Source of the DNA: Escherichia phage vB_EcoM_JNE01
Sequence record: OR670491
Direction: 5' to 3' (one strand)
DNA length: 64,000 bases
Below are positions 41,958-51,439 of the stretch, one piece after another (within the stretch, counting starts at the first letter, position 1; every line of letters starts with the position of its first letter). The translations under genes were made by a program, and so were the position numbers. Under the pieces are notes generated by a model. That model worked only from the letters and a program-made list of their open reading frames with translations. It was not told where the DNA came from and did not search any database.

Positions 41958-42920
41958 TTGAAAAAGCTAGATCTAAATGCAATTGCTGATGAAGTACTGG
42001 ATGAATGTTTTGCTAGTGAAGAAGTCAACGTATTAGAGGCAATTGATGCCGTTGAAGAAGAACATGATGACCACAAGTTCGAGAAGCCTAACACTGGTAT
42101 CAGTTTGACTCGTCCTAAAGGTGTAACGAATGAAATGCTCATCCAGGAAGTACGTGATGGCATTAACGTTGAAAAGAACATTGATCTTCTGGTACGTTAC
42201 AACTACCCAATGATTGTTAGTACTGCTCGTAAATGTACATGTTTCATCCCATTTGAAGATAAGATTTCATATGGTGTTGAAGGTTTAATGCGAGCGATTC
42301 ATACATTCGATCCTACCAAGAACGTTAAGTTCATTACCTATGCAACAACAACAGTGTATATGACAATCTATAACGAAAGTGCAGACGCTAACTACCTAGT
42401 GCACTTCCCACGTTATATGAGTGTTAACAACATTTATGTGAAACGTTGTGTAGAAGCGTACCAAAAGAAATATGGTAGGTTCCCAACTCCAGAGATGGTC
42501 GCTGAAGAGACTGGTATTGAGATTCAACACGTTAAGAATTGTCTAACCTACACCAATACTTATATGGCATTGGATATGAAATTGAGTACTGATTCAGAAA
42601 GTACCTTGTCTGACATTGTTACTACAGTTGATCCTGATTACAACTTAGGTGCAGAAACTATCAGTATCCCACTGGTACAAAGTATTGCAGATATGATGCA
42701 TAATCTATCTGAAAAAGACCGTGAGTTGATTGAACGTGTACATGGTATTGGTTCAGCACAAGAACCAGAAACGCTACGAGAAATCATTGAGAGCGGTTTT
42801 GAAGATGAGAAGGGTAAAGTCATTACTGCTCGTTCTTCCTTGCACCGTAAGTACTCTGACGCAATGGAACGCCTACGTAAGATGGTGAAGTCCAGAGGTT
42901 ATGAGTTCGAAGATTTTTAA
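41958..42920 (+). CDS. sigma70-family RNA polymerase sigma factor
   Basis: Region 2: GLMRAIHTFDPTKNVKFITYATTTVYMTI...FPRYM; region 4: LSEKDRELIERVHGIG...ETLREI...ARSSLHRKYSDAMERLR; apparent TTG start after GGAG. Confidence 0.7.
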   Translation: MKKLDLNAIADEVLDECFASEEVNVLEAIDAVEEEHDDHKFEKPNTGISLTRPKGVTNEMLIQEVRDGINVEKNIDLLVRYNYPMIVSTARKCTCFIPFEDKISYGVEGLMRAIHTFDPTKNVKFITYATTTVYMTIYNESADANYLVHFPRYMSVNNIYVKRCVEAYQKKYGRFPTPEMVAEETGIEIQHVKNCLTYTNTYMALDMKLSTDSESTLSDIVTTVDPDYNLGAETISIPLVQSIADMMHNLSEKDRELIERVHGIGSAQEPETLREIIESGFEDEKGKVITARSSLHRKYSDAMERLRKMVKSRGYEFEDF

Positions 42921-42927
42921 GATTAAA

Positions 42928-42954
42928 GGGTTGACTTCGGTCAACCCTTTTTTT
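42928..42954 (+). terminator. PeSL-like terminator hairpin
   Basis: GGGTTGAC-TTCG-GTCAACCC followed by a T-run. Confidence 0.65.
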
Positions 42955-43439
42955 ATGGGACAAATTCGTAAATGGTGATACAATGATCTATGCACAACCA
43001 CAATGACAGTACTTGTACTGATAATCTTCCCTAATTCACTTGAAAACGTAAAGGATAGATGAGCTTTTCATTGTAGCGAACAGCAAAAGAAACCCGTTAG
43101 ATGTGGGCATAGTTTGAACCCCTCACGGCAATGCGGCTGTATAAAGAACCACGTTAGGATGGCTGGTGGTTCCTCGATAGACATATAAGGATAACACCTT
43201 ACGAATTATCTAAGGGAGAGTTATCAGATTTTGTACAATATAGTTGCGTCCAAAATTTGAGTACTCACATTAAGTATTTGATTGCATAGATACTTAATGA
43301 AGATACACTATGTTTAAAAGTGTAGACCGTCATATGAAACTGAAGTAGAGAGAAACAGGATGATCCGCTTTCGTGCTCTTTAAGAGTAATCTTCAATGCA
43401 ATAGCTCTGATACCATCAGCGTCAAATTCCCCTCTGTGT

Positions 43440-43447
43440 GGGGGGGG
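43440..43447. repeat. G8 homopolymer tract in a long non-coding region
   Basis: GTGTGGGGGGGGAAG read directly from sequence. Confidence 0.5.
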
Positions 43448-43558
43448 AAGAAAAATCCCTTTCTCAAATCCCGTCAATATTATAAAGTCCTTGACAGTTA
43501 TTATACATTCGCGTAAGATACGTAGTATCAGAAGCGAACAGACATCTCGAAGAGATGG

Positions 43559-43792
43559 ATGATTAACATTAAGGAACATCTAATGAATTCAACAATCTTC
43601 TTAGTAGCAGCTCTTTCAATGCAAAGCGGTGTACAAATCACTCCAATGAATTCCATGAATCAATGTATTTCTGTTCGTGATAGTACCTACGAACAGGTCA
43701 ATAAAAATATCTGGATGTCTATTGACAAAGAACAGATGTGGTGTTATAACAGTAATACAAAAGTTAAACTGTTTGTTGGTGAGAAAGAATAA
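43559..43792 (+). CDS. hypothetical protein
   Basis: 77-aa ORF. Confidence 0.45.
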   Translation: MINIKEHLMNSTIFLVAALSMQSGVQITPMNSMNQCISVRDSTYEQVNKNIWMSIDKEQMWCYNSNTKVKLFVGEKE

Positions 43793-43795
43793 TAG

Positions 43796-43824
43796 TTGAC
43801 ACGTAAGAAGTTCTAGAGTATAAT
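43796..43824 (+). promoter_or_regulatory. sigma70-type promoter
   Basis: TTGACA, 17-nt spacer, TATAAT. Confidence 0.55.
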
Positions 43825-43874
43825 TTCTACATTGAGTACTGAACTAAATCATTAATTAATCAAGAGGGTTTATC

Positions 43875-44060
43875 ATGCAAGTTATCGTTCTTATCGTTGG
43901 TATCGTACTGGGTGTTTATGGTCATTCCTGGATGCAGGAGAAGTTTCCTAATACTCGTCCAGACTTCTGTAGCACTACGGTGAGTTCTGAACTATCTAAA
44001 GATAGCAAAGATAGCATTGGTACTAAACTGGATAAAGTACTGAACGTAATTAACGAGTGA
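43875..44060 (+). CDS. small membrane protein
   Basis: 61 aa; hydrophobic N-terminus. Confidence 0.45.
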   Translation: MQVIVLIVGIVLGVYGHSWMQEKFPNTRPDFCSTTVSSELSKDSKDSIGTKLDKVLNVINE

Positions 44061-44071
44061 GGTAAGTTGTA

Positions 44072-44359
44072 ATGTTTATTCCTAATAATTCTAAAATTGG
44101 AACACAAGTACAACTTCTAGAAGATGTAAGTACTTGCAGTGGTACTTTCACTAAAGGTCACATCTTAACTATCACAGGTGAAACCGAGCGTGGTTATGAT
44201 TTGGAAGATGCTGATGGTAATCGTATCTTAGAAGCAGGGTTTAGTCGTTTTGTTGAAGTGGATAGTACTGACCAGAAAGAAACAGAAGGTCATTGTTTTG
44301 ATTACCAAGAAGTCAACTCAAAATGTATCTGTGGTGAAATTTATAGTAAATGGGATTGA
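44072..44359 (+). CDS. hypothetical protein
   Basis: 95-aa ORF. Confidence 0.5.
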   Translation: MFIPNNSKIGTQVQLLEDVSTCSGTFTKGHILTITGETERGYDLEDADGNRILEAGFSRFVEVDSTDQKETEGHCFDYQEVNSKCICGEIYSKWD

Positions 44360-44429
44360 CATAGTATAGAAATACTATATAATGTTTATATCAAATGAAA
44401 TTCACTTTAACCAACGATAGGAAAATATT

Positions 44430-44708
44430 ATGTCTTTAACCAAAGAAGAACGTGACCTTATTGAAAAAGCAATCTGGTTTTATGCAAATGAAAGCCAGTG
44501 CAGTGATGAAGAAGCACGTGAACTGTGCAACCACCTTAGACAGAAACAAGAACTGAAAGTGTATCGTATACGTGCTGTGGATGATGGGGATCGTATTGTT
44601 CTAGCGGAAACAAAAGAAGAAGCAGAACAAATCTTCACTGATAATAACGAAAATCCACATTACATGGAAGAAGTCTGTGAAGTGAAAAAAGGTACTTATA
44701 TCGATTGA
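44430..44708 (+). CDS. hypothetical protein
   Basis: 92 aa; TTGACA-17-TATAAT promoter about 40 nt upstream. Confidence 0.5.
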   Translation: MSLTKEERDLIEKAIWFYANESQCSDEEARELCNHLRQKQELKVYRIRAVDDGDRIVLAETKEEAEQIFTDNNENPHYMEEVCEVKKGTYID

Positions 44709-44826
44709 CAGTACTGAATAATAGCAGTATAATGTTTATATCAAAGGGAATGCAGTGAAAGGAAAGACAGCATAATCGTACTCGTCACTGCGTTTCCACC
44801 CTTTTAAATTAAATGAGGAATTAATT

Positions 44827-45135
44827 ATGTTTCAAACTAACACTCAAGGTTTTGTAATCATCGATCTGAATAAAAACAGCGGTCATTGGATGAAACCTAC
44901 TGACGCATGTATGCAGTTTGATTTCTTAGGTTATAAAATCAGTGTAAGCACTGGTGGTTCAGTACTGCGTGGTGGTTGTATCGTTGAACATCTCGTCACT
45001 GATCCTGAAGGCCGCGAATACGAAATCGCAGGTTCAGTACAAGATGCTATCATGTTCGTGTGTCAGCGTGAAATGAATGGCAGTAACAGCAACGCACTGA
45101 CAAACGCATTATCACAAGAAGTGGAGGTTCGTTAA
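44827..45135 (+). CDS. hypothetical protein
   Basis: 102-aa ORF. Confidence 0.5.
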   Translation: MFQTNTQGFVIIDLNKNSGHWMKPTDACMQFDFLGYKISVSTGGSVLRGGCIVEHLVTDPEGREYEIAGSVQDAIMFVCQREMNGSNSNALTNALSQEVEVR

Positions 45136-45380
45136 TGAAATATATTGTTTTAGTAGTAATGGCGTTTTTACTGAGTGCTTGTGATGCAAGTACGAAAGAC
45201 CGAACCAGTGAATTCCTTCTCCCTACTGAGTTAAAGGATGCTGGGTGTAAGATTTACCGTATGCGTCAGGAAGGTGATGGTGCAACTTTGTACACAGTTT
45301 ACTGCCCTAATGCTAATACCAGTACATCTTTCCGTACAGGAAAGACAACCGTACATGCATCTGTCATCAATGGTGAATAA
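45135..45380 (+). CDS. small lipoprotein
   Basis: Signal peptide with lipobox LLSAC; about 60-aa mature protein with two further Cys. Confidence 0.55.
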   Translation: MKYIVLVVMAFLLSACDASTKDRTSEFLLPTELKDAGCKIYRMRQEGDGATLYTVYCPNANTSTSFRTGKTTVHASVINGE

Positions 45381-45381
45381 C

Positions 45382-45747
45382 ATGGGATTGGACACAACTA
45401 AAGCCCAAGAACTACATAAGCGAGCAATGGATGAAGAGTTTTTAGCAAACATTCGCTATAAGATGGAGAAGCTATATCGTAGTGCTGAAATCTTAGAAGA
45501 CAAAAAACCTTCCATGACTACAAAATATTTCAATATCACTAACGACATTTGTTATAGTCCAGGTGAAATTTGGATTGAGTGGGAGTCTTGGACAGGGGAT
45601 ATTCTTCGTGTGCAAGGTTATTGTGTTCAATACGCTTTCGACGGTAATTCTAAATCACTGAAGGTACTATGTACTAATACGAATGATGTAGTGGATGTCA
45701 ACTTACATTGTATTAAATGGGTTGACTTTGGAGATGTAGATGAATAA
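45382..45747 (+). CDS. hypothetical protein
   Basis: Track ORF 45238-45747 trimmed to the first ATG after the previous stop. Confidence 0.4.
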   Translation: MGLDTTKAQELHKRAMDEEFLANIRYKMEKLYRSAEILEDKKPSMTTKYFNITNDICYSPGEIWIEWESWTGDILRVQGYCVQYAFDGNSKSLKVLCTNTNDVVDVNLHCIKWVDFGDVDE

Positions 45748-46000
45748 AATTAAATTCATTGTACTTATGGTTCTCATGTGTGTTTCACTCACTGGGTGTG
45801 ATGAAGACCTTTCAGCTAAAACATTAGCTCGCTGGAACTGTAAGATGACTGGTGAGAAGTTCAAAACAGTCGAAAGTGTTTGTGTTGGTGAAGGTAGAAG
45901 CCGCTGCGACAAAATGGTTGACCATGAAGTGGAATTGTTTGTATATGATTGTCCAACAAAGGGTCGAGTACTGAGTAAAAGTGAGTTAATTTATAATTGA
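45740..46000 (+). CDS. small lipoprotein
   Basis: Signal peptide with lipobox SLTGC; Cys-rich mature part. Confidence 0.55.
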   Translation: MNKIKFIVLMVLMCVSLTGCDEDLSAKTLARWNCKMTGEKFKTVESVCVGEGRSRCDKMVDHEVELFVYDCPTKGRVLSKSELIYN

Positions 46001-46056
46001 CAGTACACCACAAAAGGGATACAATGTATCCCTACTTTAATCGAAGAGGCTAACAA

Positions 46057-46266
46057 ATGACTACTAATGAAATGCTGAAAGCAATCTGGGATAAAGGTTA
46101 TGAACTGAAAGTAACCAGTACTGAGATTCGCGTATTCAAGACTGAGTACTGTGAATATCTGGATTTAGATACTTATAACAGTATTGTCGTTGAGCAACAC
46201 AAAGGCAATGTTACTGAAAGTATTGATTCAGTACTTAAACGTTCTTTAGCTATCGTTGGTGCTTAA
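46057..46266 (+). CDS. hypothetical protein
   Basis: 69-aa ORF. Confidence 0.45.
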   Translation: MTTNEMLKAIWDKGYELKVTSTEIRVFKTEYCEYLDLDTYNSIVVEQHKGNVTESIDSVLKRSLAIVGA

Positions 46267-46373
46267 AATGAATTCAGATTTACAGAAGATGATTGGATTT
46301 GGTATTTCTGTGTTTTTTGTTATGATTTCTTTTGCAATTTTCATCCCTAAACTATTTCATTAAGAGGTGTATT

Positions 46374-46568
46374 ATGATTTCTTTATATGTTGCTGTTATG
46401 CTCACTCATGGACAAATCGACCGCACCGTAGGTAAAGGTGTTTACACTACAGCAGATGAATGTTACACTGCTACTGCTTGGCCTCAAGATGAAGGTTCAA
46501 GTAATGAATTCAAATGTCTCAAAGTTAAAGGTGACTTTGTTAATCTTAAGGTTGTTGAGGCCAAATAA
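46374..46568 (+). CDS. small secreted/membrane protein
   Basis: Track ORF trimmed to the ATG after an AAGAGG RBS. Confidence 0.4.
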   Translation: MISLYVAVMLTHGQIDRTVGKGVYTTADECYTATAWPQDEGSSNEFKCLKVKGDFVNLKVVEAK

Positions 46569-47068
46569 TGGATATAAACGATTTACTATCGATAGTTTCA
46601 AGACCATGTAAACACTCTTTTGATAGTCATTCCTTTAATTACACAGACAAGATTCAAGTAGTCACCGAGGAATGTTATGGAGTAACAACTATACAGATTT
46701 TGGATAACTATAGTAATAGTTTATGTTATATATACTTGACAAACCGCAGTGATGAACTTAAAAAAACCGAAATTGTATTATTTGGCAAACAGTGTTCAGA
46801 CACGCGTGATATTGAGATACTTTATTATCCTGGAAAATCTACACGCGAAATTGTTTATGACATGTACGCACTAGATGATAACTTTGTTATTGATTACAGT
46901 ACTGAAGAAAAGGTTTTTCAACAAAGTTTAGTACACAACTTTGTGTTGGGTGATCCTGGTATTCCAAAGATTTTTAAAATTCTCGATTCAATTACAGTGG
47001 ATTTTGAATTTCATATGTGCATACGTTCTGAATACTTGGATGATTTTGTGGAGATTTTCGGTTTATGA
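46568..47068 (+). CDS. EE-x-FFQxS-motif family protein
   Basis: 166 aa; TEEKVFQQSLVHNF. Confidence 0.55.
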   Translation: MDINDLLSIVSRPCKHSFDSHSFNYTDKIQVVTEECYGVTTIQILDNYSNSLCYIYLTNRSDELKKTEIVLFGKQCSDTRDIEILYYPGKSTREIVYDMYALDDNFVIDYSTEEKVFQQSLVHNFVLGDPGIPKIFKILDSITVDFEFHMCIRSEYLDDFVEIFGL

Positions 47069-47286
47069 AACGATTTTACATCAACTATCTGTGTGTATCC
47101 GAATTCAATAACGTAAGAGGTCACACAATCGAAAAGCAATCTATGGATGTATATGTTCGTGCTGAAAGTCCTACACATGCATTGTTTAAACTTATCAGTG
47201 AAGTCACCAAGTACAATACTCCCAAAACCCAACGCTACATTGGTGCTTTGTATGATATCAATGAAGTTCCAGGGTGTGATATATAA
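47065..47286 (+). CDS. hypothetical protein
   Basis: 73-aa ORF. Confidence 0.45.
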   Translation: MKRFYINYLCVSEFNNVRGHTIEKQSMDVYVRAESPTHALFKLISEVTKYNTPKTQRYIGALYDINEVPGCDI

Positions 47287-47354
47287 AAAGTACTTGACTT
47301 GGATTAGAAATCTATATATAATATATACATATTAATCGAAATGGAAAATAAATC

Positions 47355-48029
47355 ATGTTGGCTAATCTTCAGTACTTTGTAACTTCTCCGTGGGATGAAC
47401 GTGGTGTTGAACTGAACCACAAAGAAACAAGTTTTGATGACATTGGTGTAGGTACATACATCTCTGCAAATTACGACCGTAACCATCCATTTTGGGAAAA
47501 GTTTAAAGATAATGAAAGTAATCGTGTTATGTCATTATTTCAACTTAAACAACCAGGGATTGTAGCTGGTTATAATGAAGAAGACATGATCAATGTATTC
47601 ACTAACTATAAGGTAGTTGAAGAATTCCCGTGGATTAATAAACACAACGGCAATGCTTATAGTTCAGATGATTATCGTGAAATGGTCACAAATGATGATG
47701 CAATTACGTTACCAAGTGGACGTCCAGTTCCATCATCAACAAATTGTATGTCTTCTTATGGTACGGCTGATAATCTTCAGCAAATCCTGAAGAAGTATAA
47801 GCGTGTTCTGGATTCAGAAGACGAGTTAGTACTGTGTATTCATCCTGTGTACAAATCCGAACAACCAGAAAGTGGTGGCTGGCGTTGGCATAAGAATGGT
47901 ACATATATTGGTAACAAAAGAAGTAAACGTGGATATGAATACCTGGCTGATGAACCTGATATTGAAGTAGTAATCGGCTTTAAATTTCTTAAAGTACAGA
48001 GGAAAGACAATGCTTTATCTAATTCTTAG
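47355..48029 (+). CDS. hypothetical protein
   Basis: 224-aa ORF. Confidence 0.55.
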   Translation: MLANLQYFVTSPWDERGVELNHKETSFDDIGVGTYISANYDRNHPFWEKFKDNESNRVMSLFQLKQPGIVAGYNEEDMINVFTNYKVVEEFPWINKHNGNAYSSDDYREMVTNDDAITLPSGRPVPSSTNCMSSYGTADNLQQILKKYKRVLDSEDELVLCIHPVYKSEQPESGGWRWHKNGTYIGNKRSKRGYEYLADEPDIEVVIGFKFLKVQRKDNALSNS

Positions 48030-48252
48030 TTTTGTGGTTGCAATCGTTTTTATGTTTTACCCAACCTTCGTAGCACTGGTTGTACAGAAAAGCTACCGTA
48101 CTATTGGCATCATCATGGTACTGAATATTGCACTTGCTCTAGTGTCTATGCTTGTAGTAGTATCATCGCTGGCGTGGGTTGATATCATTACATTTTGGTT
48201 ATTTGTGTTTTCTTATTTGATGATTGTTGAAGTCAAACCTATTGACTTATAA
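48010..48252 (+). CDS. small membrane protein
   Basis: 80 aa; two hydrophobic segments. Confidence 0.45.
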   Translation: MLYLILSFVVAIVFMFYPTFVALVVQKSYRTIGIIMVLNIALALVSMLVVVSSLAWVDIITFWLFVFSYLMIVEVKPIDL

Positions 48253-48300
48253 GTTACTTCTGATATAATAACTTTACATTAACTGATATGAGGTATTAAA

Positions 48301-48633
48301 ATGTTAGCACTTATTTCTTCTATTCCGGCTATGGTACTCGTTTGGATTATTGTTTTTTATATGTTTTCATCTGCTAAAACGAAAGAAAAGATGGAAGACT
48401 TGTTCTTGTTGGATACAACTGTAGTTGAAGTATTCTTCTGGGTAGTAGTCATCGGAACTGTTGTAATGATTCTGAACTTTGTATTACCACTTGGAATCGC
48501 TCACAACATTCTGTCCCTTGTTGAATATTTTATTGCAATCATTTGGTTCATGCAATGTCTGTTTGCTGGTAAGGTTGGAATCTGGTTTACGTTGGTGAAA
48601 GAAAAGATTAGTACGCTTACTAAAACTAAGTAA
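48301..48633 (+). CDS. membrane protein
   Basis: 110 aa; three hydrophobic segments. Confidence 0.5.
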   Translation: MLALISSIPAMVLVWIIVFYMFSSAKTKEKMEDLFLLDTTVVEVFFWVVVIGTVVMILNFVLPLGIAHNILSLVEYFIAIIWFMQCLFAGKVGIWFTLVKEKISTLTKTK

Positions 48634-48705
48634 TATTCTCAAAAATGTTAAATACTTCTGTACAAAGTAATGTTCAGAAGTATTTTTACTTTTATTGAGG
48701 GTATC

Positions 48706-49068
48706 ATGAAATATGTAATAATAACTATAACTTTTTTAATTGGATTGATTTCTAGTTCAGCCAATGCAGTAGTTGGTGAAGAACTAGATTGTATGGGGAA
48801 TGATGGGATATGGCATGTACTTACAAATGACCCACAAAATGGAACTAATATTGTAGTTGACGGTGATGTTTATAGGTTCAGAAACGAAAGTACAATAGGT
48901 AACAAAAAAGTCTCGACATATAAAAATGATGCTGATATAATAGCTAACGTAATCTTGATTGTAGATCCAAAGACAAGGGATGGAGATATCTATATTGTAA
49001 TATATAGAGATTCTTCGAATAAACGCGATGAGGATATAGATAAGCTTAATCTACATTGCGAATTTTAA
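48706..49068 (+). CDS. secreted protein, paralogue of 49453
   Basis: Track ORF trimmed to the ATG after a GAGGG RBS; signal peptide; Cys near both termini. Confidence 0.5.
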   Translation: MKYVIITITFLIGLISSSANAVVGEELDCMGNDGIWHVLTNDPQNGTNIVVDGDVYRFRNESTIGNKKVSTYKNDADIIANVILIVDPKTRDGDIYIVIYRDSSNKRDEDIDKLNLHCEF

Positions 49069-49079
49069 ACGAGGTTCTT

Positions 49080-49448
49080 ATGTTAAACACGGTTCTTCAG
49101 TACATCTTAAGCATTCCATTTATTCTTAGCAGTCTTGTATCTGTAGCATCAATACTTTTTAGTATCTTTTCAGTAATGTACTGTGTATATACTAAAAAAT
49201 ATACATTCATCAATAAGGTAAACTCCTTATTTGAAACTGATAGTGTACCGTATTGTGTGTGGTCTTTTAGTGCAGCGGGAATTTTTGCAACATTCCTTCT
49301 TTACTGCCTGGATATTATTGACAGAAGTTATGTTCTAATTAGCATTGGGGTAGGATTATATTCATCGTGTTGGTACTTGATTTATGTTGTAGACTCGTGG
49401 TATACTGCATATCAGCAGTACACGATTAATAAACAATATTCCAAGTGA
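49080..49448 (+). CDS. membrane protein
   Basis: Track ORF trimmed to the ATG after a GAGG RBS; multiple hydrophobic segments. Confidence 0.45.
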   Translation: MLNTVLQYILSIPFILSSLVSVASILFSIFSVMYCVYTKKYTFINKVNSLFETDSVPYCVWSFSAAGIFATFLLYCLDIIDRSYVLISIGVGLYSSCWYLIYVVDSWYTAYQQYTINKQYSK

Positions 49449-49452
49449 GGAT

Positions 49453-49812
49453 ATGACCATGAAAGTATTTTTATTCTTTATCTGTATGATTTTTTGTGCT
49501 GTACAAGCTCATGCGGAACCACTGGCAAAGATGTTTTGTTCAGAGGGTGAAGTACAGCACATCTATCAAGGTGATTCTGATGACCACGATATCATTTACA
49601 TTGATGGATCGATTTATAACTTTGTAAAAGAACATACAGTTGGTGATGTAAGTTTTACCGAGTACGCATCGAATGTAGATAAGAATGAGTTAGCGTTTAT
49701 CCAGGTTAACTTAGAAGAAGATGCTGATGAAGTACAAGATGTTAAATTGGTTCTAATGCGTAAAGGTGCAGGTACTACAGAGTTTGGTGGCTCCTGTGTG
49801 TTTGATGCATAG
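49453..49812 (+). CDS. secreted protein, paralogue of 48706
   Basis: Signal peptide (...CAVQAHA); shared D-G-x-(V/I)-Y-x-F core and Cys pair with 48706. Confidence 0.5.
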   Translation: MTMKVFLFFICMIFCAVQAHAEPLAKMFCSEGEVQHIYQGDSDDHDIIYIDGSIYNFVKEHTVGDVSFTEYASNVDKNELAFIQVNLEEDADEVQDVKLVLMRKGAGTTEFGGSCVFDA

Positions 49813-49826
49813 TCGGGAGATAAAAT

Positions 49827-50018
49827 ATGTTGATTTATCAAGGTGATGGTATTCGTGTATTGCAGCATCCATTCCTTCAAGTCTTCGATGTACAGAAGTT
49901 TCAAGAAGGTGATGATCCAAGAACATATGGACGTAAACATGATTACTTCACAGTAAAGCAATGTACAAGTATTGAAGAAGTTCGTTCATTAGTGAAAGAA
50001 CTAGAAAATAATGGTTGA
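49827..50018 (+). CDS. hypothetical protein
   Basis: 63-aa ORF; followed by PeSL. Confidence 0.45.
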   Translation: MLIYQGDGIRVLQHPFLQVFDVQKFQEGDDPRTYGRKHDYFTVKQCTSIEEVRSLVKELENNG

Positions 50019-50043
50019 CTTCGGTCAACCTTTTTTGTATACT
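50013..50043 (+). promoter_or_regulatory. PeSL-like terminator-promoter cassette
   Basis: Hairpin GGTTGAC-TTCG-GTCAACC + T-run; TTGACT in stem, 17-nt spacer, TATACT. Confidence 0.6.
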
Positions 50044-50073
50044 TAATTCATATTAATTGATGAGGGTATTGCG

Positions 50074-50520
50074 ATGCTGGTATATCGTTTTGAATTAGGC
50101 TTTAGTTATGTAGAAGAAAACTTATATCCAGTGAGATCAATTGGACCGTTCGCACGTTACTATTCACAATACAGTACTGACAACGGGTTTGACCGTTTGC
50201 GTTTAGGAACACCACACGAATTGCAACCTGAACCAGAAAAGGATGGCATTCATTGCATCAAGCACGGTTGGGCTTTTGGCTGTGCATCAATTAAAGACCT
50301 TATTCGTTTCTTCGCTAATGACTTAGGTCGTTTGCATCGTTCCGGCTTTCAGGTTTTTGTATATGAAGTTCCTGATAATCATGTTGATGTTGGTGGTCAC
50401 CAGGTTCAGTACTACGTAGGTAGTGCTAATTTAGTACGCATCATGGGTGTACGTGAAATGAAGCAAGAATACCGCCAGATGAAAGAGGTTGAAGATGCAA
50501 AAAACGCTGTACACGTTTAA
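50074..50520 (+). CDS. hypothetical protein
   Basis: 148-aa ORF. Confidence 0.5.
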   Translation: MLVYRFELGFSYVEENLYPVRSIGPFARYYSQYSTDNGFDRLRLGTPHELQPEPEKDGIHCIKHGWAFGCASIKDLIRFFANDLGRLHRSGFQVFVYEVPDNHVDVGGHQVQYYVGSANLVRIMGVREMKQEYRQMKEVEDAKNAVHV

Positions 50521-50854
50521 GAAGTGGTACACATTCACTTTACCTGGTGACAAATACTTTGACCAACAGGATGATGAATATTACAAAAAAGAAACTCTCA
50601 AATTACTGAAGATGGCTAAACAAGCCCTTTCTGTATACAACAGTTCTTTAAACGTAGCCTATGAGCATTACCGAATCACGGCAAAGATTGATGAAGAAGA
50701 TGGTGAACTTTCATTCTTTGAATACGATATTGTATACTTTGGTTACACCGATGATGAAGACCCAATCAACGTTGATAAGATACGACTTGACCTCACCGCT
50801 ATATCTGTTATACTTAAACAACTGGCTGAGATGTGTGGCTTAATTGAAACATAA
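50495..50854 (+). CDS. hypothetical protein
   Basis: Track ORF trimmed to the second ATG, after an AGAGG RBS. Confidence 0.45.
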   Translation: MQKTLYTFKKWYTFTLPGDKYFDQQDDEYYKKETLKLLKMAKQALSVYNSSLNVAYEHYRITAKIDEEDGELSFFEYDIVYFGYTDDEDPINVDKIRLDLTAISVILKQLAEMCGLIET

Positions 50855-50866
50855 TAGAGGAACACT

Positions 50867-51133
50867 ATGAAACTTAAAATTGAATACAGTGGTTTCTGTA
50901 TGCGTAAAAATACTGAATTTGTAAACCGCACTAAAGGTTCAGAACTCTTTTTTAAAGAGATGCAAATTCCTTATGTAATTGAGACAGTTGGAGATCGTGA
51001 AGTACTGTCCTATGAAGAATACACTAAAGTAGATGTACCGTGGTATTCTGAGCACATGTATATGGACATGGCAGAACGTTACAATTGCGAATTTATTATT
51101 AAACCAAAAACTATCACAATCAAATTTAACTAA
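50867..51133 (+). CDS. hypothetical protein
   Basis: 88-aa ORF. Confidence 0.5.
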   Translation: MKLKIEYSGFCMRKNTEFVNRTKGSELFFKEMQIPYVIETVGDREVLSYEEYTKVDVPWYSEHMYMDMAERYNCEFIIKPKTITIKFN

Positions 51134-51144
51134 GGTAAAATAAA

Positions 51145-51438
51145 ATGATCAGTGCTTCAGTGAATGCCAATATTGTTTCAGATGTAAATTTAATTAAAGA
51201 ATGCACAGATAATGATACTCGTGATCTTTATATTAACAACGTCATTGAGCAATATGGAAACATGGGTGTTATGGAGTTCGTCCGCTTAAACGGTGAACTA
51301 ATCAAGAATAAGATTCGTCTTAAACTTGCGGTTCATCCAAAGGCGTGGGCATTCACAATGAAGTACGCAGAAGATATGTTAGAGCTACGCCGCAGTACTG
51401 TTTACGAACGTTTACATAATGGCACATTAGAGGGTTAA
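51145..51438 (+). CDS. hypothetical protein
   Basis: 97-aa ORF. Confidence 0.5.
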   Translation: MISASVNANIVSDVNLIKECTDNDTRDLYINNVIEQYGNMGVMEFVRLNGELIKNKIRLKLAVHPKAWAFTMKYAEDMLELRRSTVYERLHNGTLEG

Positions 51439-51439
51439 T

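Noticed and set aside
42955-43558. Group I intron or retron in the 600-bp non-coding region
   Set aside because: It is not inserted within a gene, no flanking reverse transcriptase or split host gene is visible, and I could not identify P7-type pairings or msr/msd inverted repeats by eye; left as an unexplained non-coding region.
43265-43579. Minus-strand 104-aa ORF in the long non-coding region
   Set aside because: No RBS, implausible composition, and it would be the only minus-strand gene in a 20-kb + strand block; the region is more likely non-coding.
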